Origin: Octopus vulgaris | Taxonomy: Eukaryota | DNA: 64,000 nt | Assembly (NCBI GenBank): GCA_951406725.2 | Contig: OX597817.1 | Location: forward strand, 85,808,001-85,872,000 | Direction of reading: 5' to 3' | In this document: positions 37,880 to 51,254 of the stretch, piece after piece | Layout of the letters: the number at the start of each line of letters is the position of its first letter | Position numbering within the stretch: position 1 is the stretch's first letter | Notes under the pieces: model-generated | What the model saw: the letters and a program-made list of their open reading frames with translations, nothing else | What the model was told of the DNA's origin: nothing | Databases searched by the model: none | Position numbers and translations under genes: made by a program

Positions 37880-40500
37880 CCAAATGATGATTTCTAACAT
37901 GGCACTAAATTGTAAGGAAGGGGTATCATCTCCCAGGTTAAAAGAAGGTGGCGGAGTGATCTTCAGGATAGACTTGGCTGATAGCTATGTCTGTTCTAAG
38001 CATGACATCAGCTGTTTGACAAAACTCTATTACCAGTCAACAATGAATACATGCAGAATGGTTTTGTTACTCTACTCACATCTCACTTCCATACCTCCAG
38101 ACATTGAGGTTTCTGGAAGTTATTTATAGTCCCTGGGCTGAAAGACTTCCAGAACAAACCAGATGGTTGATTTTCATCAGTGCCAGAGTATCTCTAAAAA
38201 TGTTGATCATCTTTCTCACCACTACTCTTCTATGTGAAGATTCCACCAACCACGTTGCCTGACTGGTTGAGAGCTGACAATCCAGATACCAGGCACCCAG
38301 TCTTGTTTTTGATTTGATCCAGAACTGCAGTTCCATCAACAAGATGAACTGAGGAAGAATGTACTTGACAAAAGGTAATCATAGCTGCTTACTGTCTTGG
38401 AATTTCTGCAAATGTTACACCCTCAGTTCATTATCAGCCATGGTATATCAGTCGCTCCATGCAGAGGTGTTGGCAATAAATGGATGGTCCGTGCCTCTTG
38501 TACAAGAAACAAAAGAGCAGTCATCCTGTTTAGATAAAGATTAGGGCAAGTTATAATGGTCAACCAGAAATATATAACAGCGGAGATATTCACCACTTTT
38601 ACCCAACTTTTTAGGAATAGCTTTCTCTCAACCAAAAACTATCCCTGTTTGTAATCATTCTACTTCTTATCCACCTGAAGGTCTGAACAAAACCAGATCC
38701 CAAACAGCTTAACTGATCCATCAGTATAGCTCTTCACAACACTGGCTAGCAGCATAGACTTACCTCTCCAAGTATCCAAGCTGCAAGCCCACCACTGACT
38801 TATCTCAGTTAATTTTTGCTCTTGTTTTGTATTTCTCTAGAACAATGCCAACATCTTAATACCCACAATGTCTGACACCATTACAGTGATATCCATATAT
38901 GCTAACACTGCTTGCTCACCTACATTCCAGTTCATATGGATTGTTTGTAATTGACAGAGCATGTTATTCAAAATAGTTCTGATAGAGGGACATTTAGTCT
39001 TACCAATGCCAGTTGCAGCAAACATCTGCCAAGGCCTTCACAAACAAGTTTGGTGTGTATATATGAAGTTCAGTGTCAAGCATGTGACATGTAACACCTA
39101 CAGCACTGAGATGTGATTAGTACTGTATAAAGACATGGGTCACAAGTGTAGGGGTTTAATTTGCCTTGCTCACAACCACTTACCACCAACTGTGTCTCAG
39201 ATACTGTTATTGGTTTTCAGAACATTTTATATCTTCTGCCAAGCAGACCATTGATGTAGACACTAAAAGTCCTTTCCATCTACAATCCATCACTTGTCCT
39301 ACACAGTTGAGTAAAATACCACTGGAAACCTATCTCAGTCCCTCAAAGACTGAATTTTAGTATTGTTTTCACGTTGCCCCACTACATGGCTTTCATTCTC
39401 TCTTGTCTTAAAGTCTGATAGCACCACTTTCTCTGTTGTTCCCATCTAGTTACACCAACTTAAACCATCTAAATCTGTGAAGTTTGTCCATGCTTCAAGA
39501 TATAAAACTTTCTAAAACAACACTGCCACTCTTCCACCAAATCCAAACCCTCTATGAGGGTGTGCTGGTAGGTTCCTGGCATTAAGGGTATCATGAAAGC
39601 CCTGTTTGGAGGCCCAACCTTCCAAGTTCTTTTACAGGGCCTAGAACTACTGAAGGACCACTGCAATAAGTGTGTGAATCTGAGAAGAGAATGTGTTGAA
39701 TAAAATCATACTTAAATGATCCTCCTATATTTTCTTTTATCCAAAGCCAGAAGCTTTTCAGCATCCCCTTGTAAGAGATGTAAGTATTTCAGTTATCAAA
39801 AATGGATGCAAGTGTGTTTTCTAGAAATGTTGGTCCTACTGATGTCCTTTACATCCATATCTAATGAAATGAGGTTGTTGAGAAAGTAACATTGCTTCCA
39901 AGCAAATACAACACCACATTCTTTTATACACATAGGGCTATATTGATCATAGATATGAAATGAGAGGGGTCATAAAGGCAATGGGGGGAGGCTGTGTAAT
40001 TCCTTGAAAACTCCCACTGAGAGGCTTTTTTTTCTCTGTTCCAGAAATTTTCCATATTTCCAGAGGATTTTTCCTTAAGTCTATAGATGTCTTTTGTTCA
40101 TTATTCTCAGTAGAATGGGGCTGTCTGTAATTTCTTTTTTCTTTTCTTTTTTTTTGTTAGTTACCTGTTAGTACTGTTGCCATTGTTTTTCTGGGTGATT
40201 ATTTTTGTTTTATTGTTGGTGTGGTTGCAAGTTTGATTTTTGTGGTGTGCATATGTAGCTGGTTGATAGGTTCTCTGTTGCCTTGTCAAACCTTCTAGTC
40301 TTCAGCTTTGTAATCATCAGTTTTTTTGTCTCTTTTTTTTTTTGGCAGCTGAGTTAGGTTTGAGATATTTTTGATCTTACATGATTCATTTGAAGTAAGA
40401 GCTCCATTCATTTTCTGAACCAGATCTTGTATAATGTGTGACCCCAGAAAAGTTGCTTCATCCTCTTCATCATTAACAACCGCTGCTACAAAGCCCTAGG
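37880..40500 (-). mobile_element. Highly decayed L1/Tx1-like LINE
   Basis: Fragmentary APE-like (GGRVAVLF) and RT-like peptide remnants on the minus strand with many stops; boundaries uncertain. Confidence 0.4.
39555..39771. mobile_element. Non-autonomous mariner-derived MITE
   Basis: TA-flanked TIRs tgagggtgtgctggtaggttcctggc / gccagaagcttttcagcatccccttg. Confidence 0.7.
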
Positions 40501-43451
40501 TGTACATCTATCACCCTCACCTTCACCTCTTGTTAATCAATATACAACAGAGTGAGCATGAATTCCTTACTCTTAAGAGCTGTGGAGTAGCTCTATCCTT
40601 CACTGTCAGAGAAAAAACTGCACCAAGTATTTTCAACGTACAATGTTATGAAGCCTCTTACTACATATAGTGTCAACAAATGCAAAAACAAATTTCTACT
40701 TCTATTCAGTCAATACCAGCTCGATTCAGTACCTTTTTCAATAATTAGCATTCAATATTTACTTTAAAAATTTTGTGACATATCTAAACAATTAGACCTG
40801 ATCACAATATTATTTGAGCAGATTACCCATTTCACCGCTGTATAACATCATCTCCCTATTTCTCACCTATCTTATGATAATGCTGCTCTCCACACTCCCT
40901 TTCTTTTATACTGTCACTTATCACCACCTCTTTTCTAACCCACTCCTATTTCCTTCACCTTCCTCCTCCCCCCCACTGAACTGATACTCGTTATTGACCA
41001 TACTTCCACCCTTATTCCCTATTCACTGCATTTACTTCTGTCTTTGTTTTTAACCATCTGTCACCCTACTTTCACACTCTCACAAACTTACCTATCTACA
41101 CACCCTTTCCAATCCTCTGCCCCTATTCTTACTTCACCTTCTTGTACTTTGAAAGTCTACCATGATACCTCATCACTACCCTCTCTTTTTCCTCTCTTTC
41201 CAGCTAGGATAGCCATGTAACTCCTCTATCATACTTAATCTCTCAGTATTTGGCACAAAACCATCTCCCTCAATTCTGCATCCCTGCTCAGTCAAGAGGT
41301 TTTGTTTTCAAGTTACTTGGTGACCTCGCCTGTGCCGCTACCATGTAAAACGTCCCCAGTTCACTCTGGAGTGTGGTTGGTGTTAGGAAAGACACCCAGC
41401 TGTAGAAATGATACCAAAGCAGTGAAATCCATTGGAGCATGATGCAGTCCTTGGACCCATCAGGTTCTTTTAAACCATCCAACCCATGCAAGCATGAACC
41501 ACAGATGTTAAGTGATGATGAGTTGTGTCTTCTATACAGAGGAAAACCTTTGATAACAACAAGAGTAGCAGTTCCATAAATATTTATCATCCCACTAGCC
41601 TTTGAGGATTTAGCCTTTATACATTCATAACTTTTGTTTGTAGCATTAAGGTTTATATCATTTTCTAACAGAATTTGTATATTATCAGTTCATGGTTGCT
41701 GTTATTTTGATTAACCCTGGGTTATACCTGGTTGAGGAGATCTATAATCAAATACATTCTAACCATGATCATCCCACCTTTTTCTGTATCAGGGACTACA
41801 TTGCTAAATTCATCTTTCTTTAAGATGATGGGCTGTGATTTGAGGGAGATTTAGTTGCTATTTCTAACAGGTTATATGACCACAAAGGGACTCTCTTATT
41901 AGCTTGAATTCATGGTTGTCAAGTCATCCAATTTGATTGAGTGCAGGACTAGTATTTTAATACTGGTCCCTTATTTTTGTCTGCTAGAGTTTTCATTGCA
42001 TATTTTTTTACACCCTTTTCTGTGAACTACATTCTACTAGATTAAAAGTAAAATTTGTTATGATGACTAAAATATTTATGGTACACTAGAGATATATCTT
42101 AAGAGTTACTGTCAGCAACATTCTTGTTAAAGAATAATAAATTTGTACTCTACAAAAGTATAACCCATCAGGTTAATATAAAATTGTTTTTATTTTAACT
42201 GAACATGAAAACAAACATTAATATATGTGTATGTATGCTTGTGTGTCCTTGACTTGACATCATGTGATAGTTGTAGAATGATTGCCACTGTCATATAACC
42301 AGTGTCATTAGATTTCCAATATTCTACAAGATCATGAAGAAATATTGTTTTGTTTGGAAAGAAATGAGTGTTAGCAACAGGAAACCTTTTTCTGAAAAAA
42401 AATTTGTCCAACCCATACAGACATTGAAAAGTGGACGTTAAAATAATGATATGTGATATTATAGGTGGCTATTATGCCTTTTCAAAGGCTTCCTTAAATC
42501 CTTAAAAATGTTTTAGCCCGAAGGCCGTGGCCATGCTGGGGCACCACCATTGTGGAATAAAAAAAAATAACTCCCTTGTTTGAAAAACAGGCATGGGTTA
42601 ATGATAGGAAGTTCATCTGCCCATAAAATCCTACCTCAAATACCTCCCCATCCAACCTATGCTAGCATGGAAAAACTGACATTAATTGAACAAAATGATG
42701 GGATTCTGCAGCTTCCATCTAAGTTCCACTGACAAAATATAAGTCAACACAAGGCTACAGAAGAAGACATATCCAAGGATCATGTTTTGTGACAGAAACT
42801 CTAGTCATAAAGTTAAGATGTGAATTATAGGAGCAGACATATCCTCCGTCTAGATTTTGTTTTAACAAAGTACAGTAGAAATGGGATGCTGGAATATTTC
42901 TGCTTTCCCTAAAGATATAACTAGCGTAAATGCAGTGAAATTGGTTTAGATAAGAATCACAAGTGAATTACAGATTTGTATAGTTACTGATTTAAAGTCT
43001 GGGGTACAGGTCTGCTTGAGCACAGCCAGTTATCTCAGTCCTTTGTCGGGACCAATGTGTATATTTGTATATCTGATAGAAAGGGGCTGGTACCTTATTA
43101 ATTGGAATAATAGAAAGAAACTTTGTTGATTAAATCCTAAATGAATGACATTTACCCCCACACTTCTCAATATTATACTTAACTTTAAGGTGGTGAGCTG
43201 GCAGAATTGTTAGCATGCCAGGCAAAATGTAACATTCTGGGTTCAAATTCTGCCGAGGTCAACTTTGCCTTTCAGGGTCGATAAAATAAGTACCAGTTGA
43301 GCACTAGGGGTTGATCTAATCAACCTATCCCTCCCCCAAAATTGCTGGCCTTGTGCCAAAATTTGAAAGCAATATTATATTTAACTTACTTTATAGCCAT
43401 TGTTTATTTTCGTTTTTTGGTGTGTTTTTTTCCTTTCAGGTTGCCATAAAC

Positions 43452-43848
43452 ATGTCTGTTTTGATGCAAGAAACCACCTCTTTAAGTGGACATGAAGAAC
43501 AAGTATGGTGTGTCGCCTGGGACCCAGATGGCAGGCTGCTGGCCTCCTCCGGAAGTGATAAATGTATACGAATATGGGGCCTGGAAGGTGAACGATGGGT
43601 CTGCAAGTCTATTTTAACTGACGGTCATACTCGTACTATCCGTTGTGTAGCTTGGTCACCTTGTGGTAATTATATTGCAAGTGCAAGCTTTGATGCAACG
43701 TGTGGCATATGGAGTCGTAAAAATGGAGAATTTGAACTTTTAGCAACTTTAGAAGGTCATGAAAATGAAGTAAAATGTGTTGCATGGTCTCACAATGGCA
43801 ACTTCCTTGCTAGCTGCAGCCGAGACAAAAGTGTTTGGATATGGGAAG
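43452..43848 (+). CDS. CIAO1: CIAO1/Cia1 WD40 cytosolic iron-sulfur assembly protein, first coding exon
   Basis: [92 protein letters not shown] matches the Ciao1 N-half. Acceptor ttttttcctttcag ends at 43439, ATG at 43452, donor G|gtaaga after 43848 (phase 1). Confidence 0.96.
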
Positions 43849-43927
43849 GTAAGATAAAACAATATAAACCTGCCATCCACTGCCCCTGCCCCCTCTTTTT
43901 TTTCATTGATTCATGAAAGTTCAGTAG

Positions 43928-44152
43928 TTAACTCTTTTGAGAAACCCACCTGTAACCACCCTGAGATCTAAAATTAAAACTTCCTTTTTAAAGGGATTTA
44001 AATTAGAACCTTCCATCAAAATTTCTTGTTACTTTATTCTTCCAAACACTAGTTTAATAAGACAGTTATTTGGGATAAATTCTTCATTATATTCAAAATT
44101 AATTGAAACTAAAGCAATATATTTCAACAGAAAAATATAACAAAAGGGTTAA
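43928..44152 (+). mobile_element. TTAA-flanked MITE, family A
   Basis: ttaactcttttg..caaaagggttaa. Confidence 0.7.
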
Positions 44153-44339
44153 TTAGCTTCCAATGACACCCCATCCATCTTTTTAATATAATGTGCATTT
44201 GATTGATGGCGAAATACATTCTCACAAACTCCCTTCTAGCCCTGCTCCATGTTTGAGTGTGCTCTTCATCTTCTTAGCCTCTACTTCTCTAAATTTAAAT
44301 CCACTTCATGTTTAGTTTACTATCATCTTCATTGCTTCA

Positions 44340-44547
44340 CCATTTAAACTGGCCGTATCTGGCCCATATATTCTATGTGTTTTATGTTAAAACTGACCAG
44401 ACTTAGCCTCTAACACTTACCATACAATGTCGTTCTAAAAATAAGCATCAAAATCTCAAAGGTATGAGATAAAACATGATTAATTCAAAACAATGTGAAC
44501 ATATAAACATTTCTGTTGATAGAGTAATCTGAATGTTAAAGTGTTAA
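44340..44547 (+). mobile_element. TTAA-type MITE, family B
   Basis: catttaaactggccgtatctggcc..gaatgttaaagtgttaa; second copy at 49082-49303. Confidence 0.6.
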
Positions 44548-44734
44548 ATAGGTTTTCTGTCTCTAAATGCATCCTTCTAGAGTTTTCTGGTAAGTCTTAA
44601 TGAAACACTGACTTCAACCATTTTGGTTCTACTTTGTAAGGAAAATCACAAAAGGTTCTGCATACTGACGTCTTCATCCAAATTAATTAGTTTACATAAA
44701 AAGATAAAATCTGTTTAGTGAAATTAAATATACA

Positions 44735-44963
44735 TCAACCACTTTGTTACTGTATTTCTGCTAAAATACACTGCCTTTCATTCAATTAATGTTAAAAGTA
44801 ATGAAAAATCTAATAAAATAACTTTCTCATTACTAACCTGATGTTTGGAACACAAATTGACATGAAATTTTGCTGAAGGGCTTTAATTTAGATCACTTAA
44901 AAGTAGGAAGTTGTGTCATAGATTCAGAAATGATTTCAGATTGGTTTTTATTAAAAGGATTAA
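44735..44963 (-). mobile_element. TTAA-flanked MITE, family A (inverted copy)
   Basis: Reverse-complement similarity to 43928-44152 and 10815-11082. Confidence 0.65.
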
Positions 44964-45780
44964 AGTAAAGAATTATAGAAATAGTATAAGTTATAACAAT
45001 GAAATGAGTTGAGTAGACATAAAAGAAAGCAATCTAGTTCTATAATATATCAATTTATAAACTTTAAAATTGTTTCTCCCAGAATGCAAATGATATACTC
45101 TTGTCCAACCCTACTTTGTATGATATTTCTAAACCACCCCCTCTACCGTTCAGTTGAACTTGCTTATAGATTATTGACCAGAGAATTTAATATTGCCATC
45201 ATTTTGGTGTTAATTAGTGTTAGTGGTATCTACTCCATTAACACCTCAGTCATTACAACTTCTTCATTCCTTTGATCTCAGATTTCACTAATTTTACAAT
45301 AGTATTGATTCTGTAATGAGAATCAATTGATCACCATAGATGGTGTAATAGGCATTTCAGTTTTAACTGTGTAGTTTTAGCAATTTCTGAATTTTACTTT
45401 TCAGCAACTAAACACTTCTTTGTGAGGTCCTAAATCATTGTTACATTCTACACTTGCTGGGTGTATGTATTTAAAAGACTTGATTAGTTAAAACTTGGAC
45501 ATTTTCTCTGCTTTACTCCATATCAACCAAATGATTTGTCAATGTTTTTAAGTAATTACTAACATAATATTGTGTGATAATCCCTGTTTTTTCATTCTAT
45601 TTTACAATCAAAACTGATACATCATCATCATCATCATATTTAACTTACTGATTGATATATGTTTGATAGGTTAATGTCATTAACTTTGTTGTTTTTGTCA
45701 ATGAAATCCCAAGTGTTTCACTTCATTACTATAATATATTATAGATTTATTATATAATGTAATTGAAGGCTTGTGATACC

Positions 45781-46210
45781 TGTGGAGTATCTCCTTCTCC
45801 CATTACAATTATTTCTGTAGTCTTAAGGAACTGGAACTAGAATAAGAAGTTTACAAGCGTAGTGCAATCCAAATAGTTGTTTATTTTTAGTTCTCGTTCA
45901 TGTGGCTCACTCCCAGTGACCATCTTTATGGCAGCGCATGGTTCATTATAGCTCCGTTCACGTGAGGTCCATTACCTTTGGAGATAACAGGTGACGATAG
46001 AGCGGGATAAGAGTCCGCTGTGAGCTGCCAGCTTTGCATTGTTTCTCAGTGTAAGCAAGAAGGAAGAAAGAGAGAGAATGTCTTAATTCTCCTGCTTAAA
46101 TAGTCGATGCCGGAGAGATCTCATACAAAATGGCACTGGCTTCTTGTGCTTTGCTACAATTATTAACCAACACAGTGTGTTAGTTTCATTGTAAATAACA
46201 CATCTCTACA
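45781..46210 (-). mobile_element. Solo LTR in the CIAO1 intron, antisense to the gene
   Basis: 430 bp bounded by TGTGGAG..CTCTACA (TG..CA, 6/7 inverted repeat), CpG-rich, with minus-strand TATTTAA followed by AATAAA. No clean TSD. Confidence 0.6.
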
Positions 46211-48158
46211 ATATGTATATAGGCTGTGGGATTAAGAATCTTGCTCCCAACCATGTTGTCTTGGGTTTAATCCCACTGCATGACACCTCAGGCAAGTGTC
46301 TTCTACTGCAGCCTTGTGAGTGGATTTGGTTGATGAAAACTGAAAGAAACCCATTCGTGTGAGTGTATTTCTATTGTGTACCCATGTCTAGACATCCTCT
46401 TCTGGTTGTAAATGAGCATCATCGTCACATAAGCAGGGTTGTTCATTTCCATTCTTCCGTGAAAACATGTCCGGGTATGGGAAAATATTACCCTGTATGG
46501 CAACATGAAGGGCATTTGAACATAGGAAATCTGCCTCAGCAAATTCCTTCCAACTCATGCAAGCATGGAGAAGTGGACATTGAATGATATTGTATACATG
46601 TATTGTTCACTGGTATAACTGGCTAATAAATCTATCACATTTTTTTCTATATTCTTGTTCCTTCTCTGATCAATTTCAGAAAGATTCTGTCTCTACTGTA
46701 TTGAATATCTTTATTCTCCTATCTACTTTTATATCTTCTAATGTTGTATAAAATTTGGGTGCTACAGATCTTCACTTCCATGCAGTCTGCCTATAAATCA
46801 AAGGTTTCCAATTTTTTATCATCCTTTAATCTATAGTCATCTACCAATAATCTTCATTAACCCTGTGATGCTAGGAATGATACAGATTGAAATCTTGGAA
46901 TGAATATTACTTGTTTAATGTTTTTTTTTTTTTTTTATTCCTCAAATCCTTTCCATCAAAGGATTAAGATTTCTAACATATTTTATCCAAGATTCAATTT
47001 GTATTCTATATTTTCATTTGTCTTCAGTCTTGATAGAACTAAATCAGACTGGAGTTCAGCCCTACCTAACTGCTATCAACTTTCTGTTGATTCATTTTCT
47101 AAAGTTTATAACAGATAAAATCATTTAAATTACAAATCCAGCACCAAATATCTACCACTTTTAATTCTTTCAATATGAACAATACCAAATTCAACAAAAA
47201 TAAACAGTATTTAACATTAATTTTACTTTATTCGGCTCATTTTTTTTTTTGTCTCTTACAATTTGATCTTTCAAATTGTCTTCATATACCCTATTTTTAC
47301 ATATACAAACCCAAACCCTTTATTTCTAGTGCAAGGCTTCAATAATCACTATATAATGTTTATACATAAAAGCACACTGTATAAAATTTATTTTATGCTG
47401 TAAAACTTAAATTACAGTCATAGTAATTGATCTCAGATATTGATATGTATCAGTGAATCAATGTTCAATCATCTATTGTTTATATTTGTACACACACTGT
47501 TTGATTGAAACATTTAGAGTGACTAGTCTTGTGGGACCTTGGGCAGGTGTCTTTTACTATATCTCTGGGCCAATAAAAACCTTGTTAGTGGATTTGGCAA
47601 ATAGAAACTGAAAGAAGCTCATCGTGTGTATAAATACGTGTGTGTACTCTTGTCGTCACAAATCATGGATGATCAAAAACAAGCATCACTGTCATACAGT
47701 ACTCCTCATTTGCAATCTTCTCTAAAATCATGTCTGGTTATGGAGAAATATTACCTTGCTTGGAAACAGGTGAGAGTTAGCATCAGAAAGGGCTTCTGGC
47801 CAAAGAAAATTTGCTTCAACAAATTTTGTTTTGAAATTTGTCTGACCCATCAAAACATGAACATTGATGATGATGACTTAAGGTGCCCACCCACCTGTCT
47901 GCCTAGTTAATGGGCATTAATCTTAATACTGACACAAATGTGTTATTCTGTTAAACTTGGCGTCAAATATTGATTTTCTTTAGAAATTCATTACTAATTC
48001 CATTTCATTAAGTAATTAGTTTAGGAAAACTCCATTATTACATAACCATTCCAAGAATTTGAGAAAAATCTCTGGAGTTCCTAGCCGATCCCAAATTTAG
48101 GAAAACAAACCACTGAGGGAACCCCTGTGTGCTTGCTCTACCTAATGAAAATAGTATA

Positions 48159-49900
48159 ATTTCTAAACTGTGTTAATACAGAAAAATTTTAGCTACAAAA
48201 AATTGGCAGAAATAACCAAGCACTAGACTTCATGTTGTGAGGAGGTTGGAATATCAAGCAAGGTCATCTTAGTCTTTTATATCTAAATACTAACAATATG
48301 CTAGTTAAAACCAATTCTAGCAATATGCTGGAAGTAAATCAATTGACTTCACTCATTGCTTTACAAATAATGGTCTTGTATTTAGTCAAAAGAAATCAAT
48401 ATTAACGAATCATTTATTCAATTATTACAACACACTGGATGTTTCTCTCACTAATGTATTTAGGAAGGGTGTCATATGACAAAGTGGATAATTCATTTAT
48501 TTGGTTTCTCATAACATTTCATTTCTGTTGCTTAGTCTCGGGTCAACAGGGACTAATCTGTCTCTAACTAAAGCAGACCTTCAAAGACATTCCAATTATG
48601 ACCATCTCATATTTTTTAGAAAGTACATATAGAACTAAATTAACCATTTTGTCTTTAGGCATGTCCATACCTCCCCCCACACACACACACACAACACATC
48701 TTCCTGACATCTCCCACTGAATTCCTCTCCCTTCTTTTTCCCCCTCTCCTTCATGAACCTACATGCACACAATTTGTCCCTGTCGTATCTCTTCCCCACA
48801 ACACATCCTCCTAATAACACCCCCTCCCTCTACCTGTGCTCACTCACTACATTCCCTCCCTGCTTCCATCTCCCAGTCTCCTTTCACAATCTTGCAAACT
48901 TTCCAAGCCATTCCTTATCTCTGATCACTATATACAACTTACTGTAAAGTTTGGTGCAGTTTACTGATTTGCCAGTTCTTATCAAACCATCCAACCCATG
49001 CTGGCAGGGAAAATGGACATTAAATGATGATGAAGATGATATTTTGGAGATGATAGTGTGTTTTGATAAAGATATAGATGTTTAACTCTTGAGTATTTAA
49101 ACCAGCCATATCTAGCTCCAATATTCTACCTGTTTTATATTCAAATTGGCCAAATCTGGCCTTTCATACCTACCTTACAATATAATTCTAAAAATTAAGT
49201 TACCTCATCAAAATCTCAAAGCTACAAGATAATGCAAGATAAACTCCAAACTATGTGAATAAATAAGCATTATTTTTGACAGAATGTTAATGCTAAAGAG
49301 TTGAAGATATGAATGGAAGGGCAAATTGGGTAATTTAGTCCTATATACACTCTCCAAAAAATATGGAATGGTCATGGTTGGAATAATTTTCTTTGTAGGT
49401 CTGTTTTAGTCCCAGTTGACCTGGGACTGTACAGCAAAAAAGTTATGAAAACCCAAATAAATGAATTGTCCTCTTTGTCATATGACACTCTTCTTAAATA
49501 CATTTAGTAAAAGAAATATCCAGTGTGTTCTGGTAATAACTGAATGACTGCTTTGTTAATATTGATTTCAAATTTAGGATGAAAGGTAAAGTCAGCCTCA
49601 GCAGAATTTGAACTCAGCATGCTAACAATTCTACCAGCTCACCACCTTAAATGCTTTGTTAATATTGATTGCCATTCACTAAATTCAAAACCATTACTTG
49701 TAAATCAGTGAGTAAAGTCAATTTATTTACTTTCAGCATTTTGCTAATATACATACATATATATATAACAACTTTGCAGATATGAAAGACTAAGATGACC
49801 ATGCTTGATATTTCAACTTCCTCATAACATCAAGTCTAGTGTTCAGTTGTTTCTAACATTTTGCAGTTAAAATTCTTATGTATCAATACAGTTTAGAAAT
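48159..49900. repeat. Long inverted duplication (arms ~48159-48656 and ~49318-49900)
   Basis: Continuous reverse-complement alignment, e.g. ggtcatcttagtcttttatatct / agatatgaaagactaagatgacc and gtgtcatatgacaaag / ctttgtcatatgacac. Confidence 0.9.
49082..49303 (+). mobile_element. TTAA-type MITE, family B
   Basis: ttaactcttgagtatttaaaccagccatatc..atgctaaagagttga. Confidence 0.6.
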
Positions 49901-50108
49901 GCAAACAAGCAAATTTAACACAGCCTTAGGCCTATTTCCTTTCATTATTCCTTGCCATAAATATTAGTGAAGCACTGGGGTCAATGTAATCGACTTACCT
50001 GCTCCCCTGAAATTGCTGGCCTTGTGCCAAAATTTGAAATTGATATTAATGCAAAATGTTTTATTTATTTTGTTCTTTCTTTTTTTCTTTTTGTTAACAA
50101 ACTTGTAG

Positions 50109-50719
50109 TCACCCAAGATGAAGACTATGAATGTGCCAGCGTGATGAACTGCCACAATCAAGATGTGAAACACGTTACTTGGCACCCATTTCAAGATATT
50201 GTTGTATCCAGTAGCTATGATGACACTATCAAATTTATTAAAGAAAGTACTGATGATTGGCAAGTATCTGTCTCTTTGGATTGTCATCAATCTACCGTAT
50301 GGATGAGTTGCTTTGACAAAACAGGTGACCGACTTGTTTCATGCAGTGATGATAAAACTATTCGCATATGGCAGTGCTACCAGTCGGACAATAAACTAGG
50401 TTTACCAACGAATGATGATGGCTATGCATGGAAATGTGTATGTACTCTGTCAGGTTACCATTCTAGAACTATATATTCTGTGGATTGGTGCCATCTTACT
50501 GGTGATATTGTAACATCTTGTGGAGATGACTGCATTCGAGTGTTTCGGGAAGAACCCAATTCAGATAAGGACCAACCTTCTTTTACACTTATTTCCGTTG
50601 TGAAATCGGCTCACTTGCAAGATGTAAATTGTGTATCATGGAATCCTAAAATACCTGGTTTGTTAGCATCTTGTAGTGATGATGGTTTGATAAAACTTTG
50701 GAATTTACCTCAAGAATGA
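50109..50719 (+). CDS. CIAO1: CIAO1 last coding exon
   Basis: T-rich tract plus cttgtag|TC completes GTC (Val) in frame with the previous exon. VTQDEDYECASV..HNQDVKHVTWHP..SYDDTIK..SCSDDKTIRIW..WKCVCTLSGYHSRTIYSVDW..AHLQDVNCVSWNP..LLASCSDDG, then TGA. Spliced CDS 397+611=1008 nt, 335 aa. Confidence 0.96.
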
Positions 50720-50989
50720 TCAAAATTACCTTTAAAACAAAGGCTTTTTTTTTTTTTCAGTTTTAAATTCCAATTATATGTAGGAAAAAATTCTATATTT
50801 TATCTAAACATACGTTCATTCATCCATAGTGGAGACAAAACAATATGAGATAAAATATGGTGCTTGAAGTCACTGTGTCTTTGGACACGACACTTAATTC
50901 CACCTACTTCAATTCACTTAATTACTAGGAATAATCGTACCAGAACTTGGAATAGGTACATGTGATAAATTGGGATGGACTGATTTAAT

Positions 50990-51180
50990 GGCATAAAACT
51001 GAAATTAAGTCCATCCCTGACCTCCCTTAAAATCATTGACACAGATAAAACAGATAAACACATTGAGGCTGTTGAAGACAAGGATAGACAGACATAATGC
51101 TATAAAAGTGAAGTTATGTCCATTCCTGACCTTCCCTAAAATCATTGACAAGCACATAAATACATTAGGTTGCTGATACA
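50990..51180 (+). repeat. Diverged tandem duplication (~110-bp period) in the putative CIAO1 3' UTR
   Basis: gtccatccctgacctcccttaaaatcattgaca vs gtccattcctgaccttccctaaaatcattgaca. Confidence 0.8.
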
Positions 51181-51248
51181 TATTCAATACACCATTTGAG
51201 TAATTGCAAGCTATTTTTTTAAATTTGATATATTTTATAAAAATCTGG

Positions 51249-51254
51249 ATTAAA
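51249..51254 (+). terminator. Candidate polyadenylation signal (ATTAAA) of CIAO1
   Basis: ATTAAA about 530 nt after the stop codon, followed by U/GU-rich sequence. Confidence 0.3.

Noticed and set aside
43353-43451. N-terminal extensions of the CIAO1 ORFs in the ORF track (also 49967-50108 and read-through 43849-43916)
   Set aside because: Intronic or UTR sequence (SINE tail and polypyrimidine tract); splice sites give the proper frame and length.
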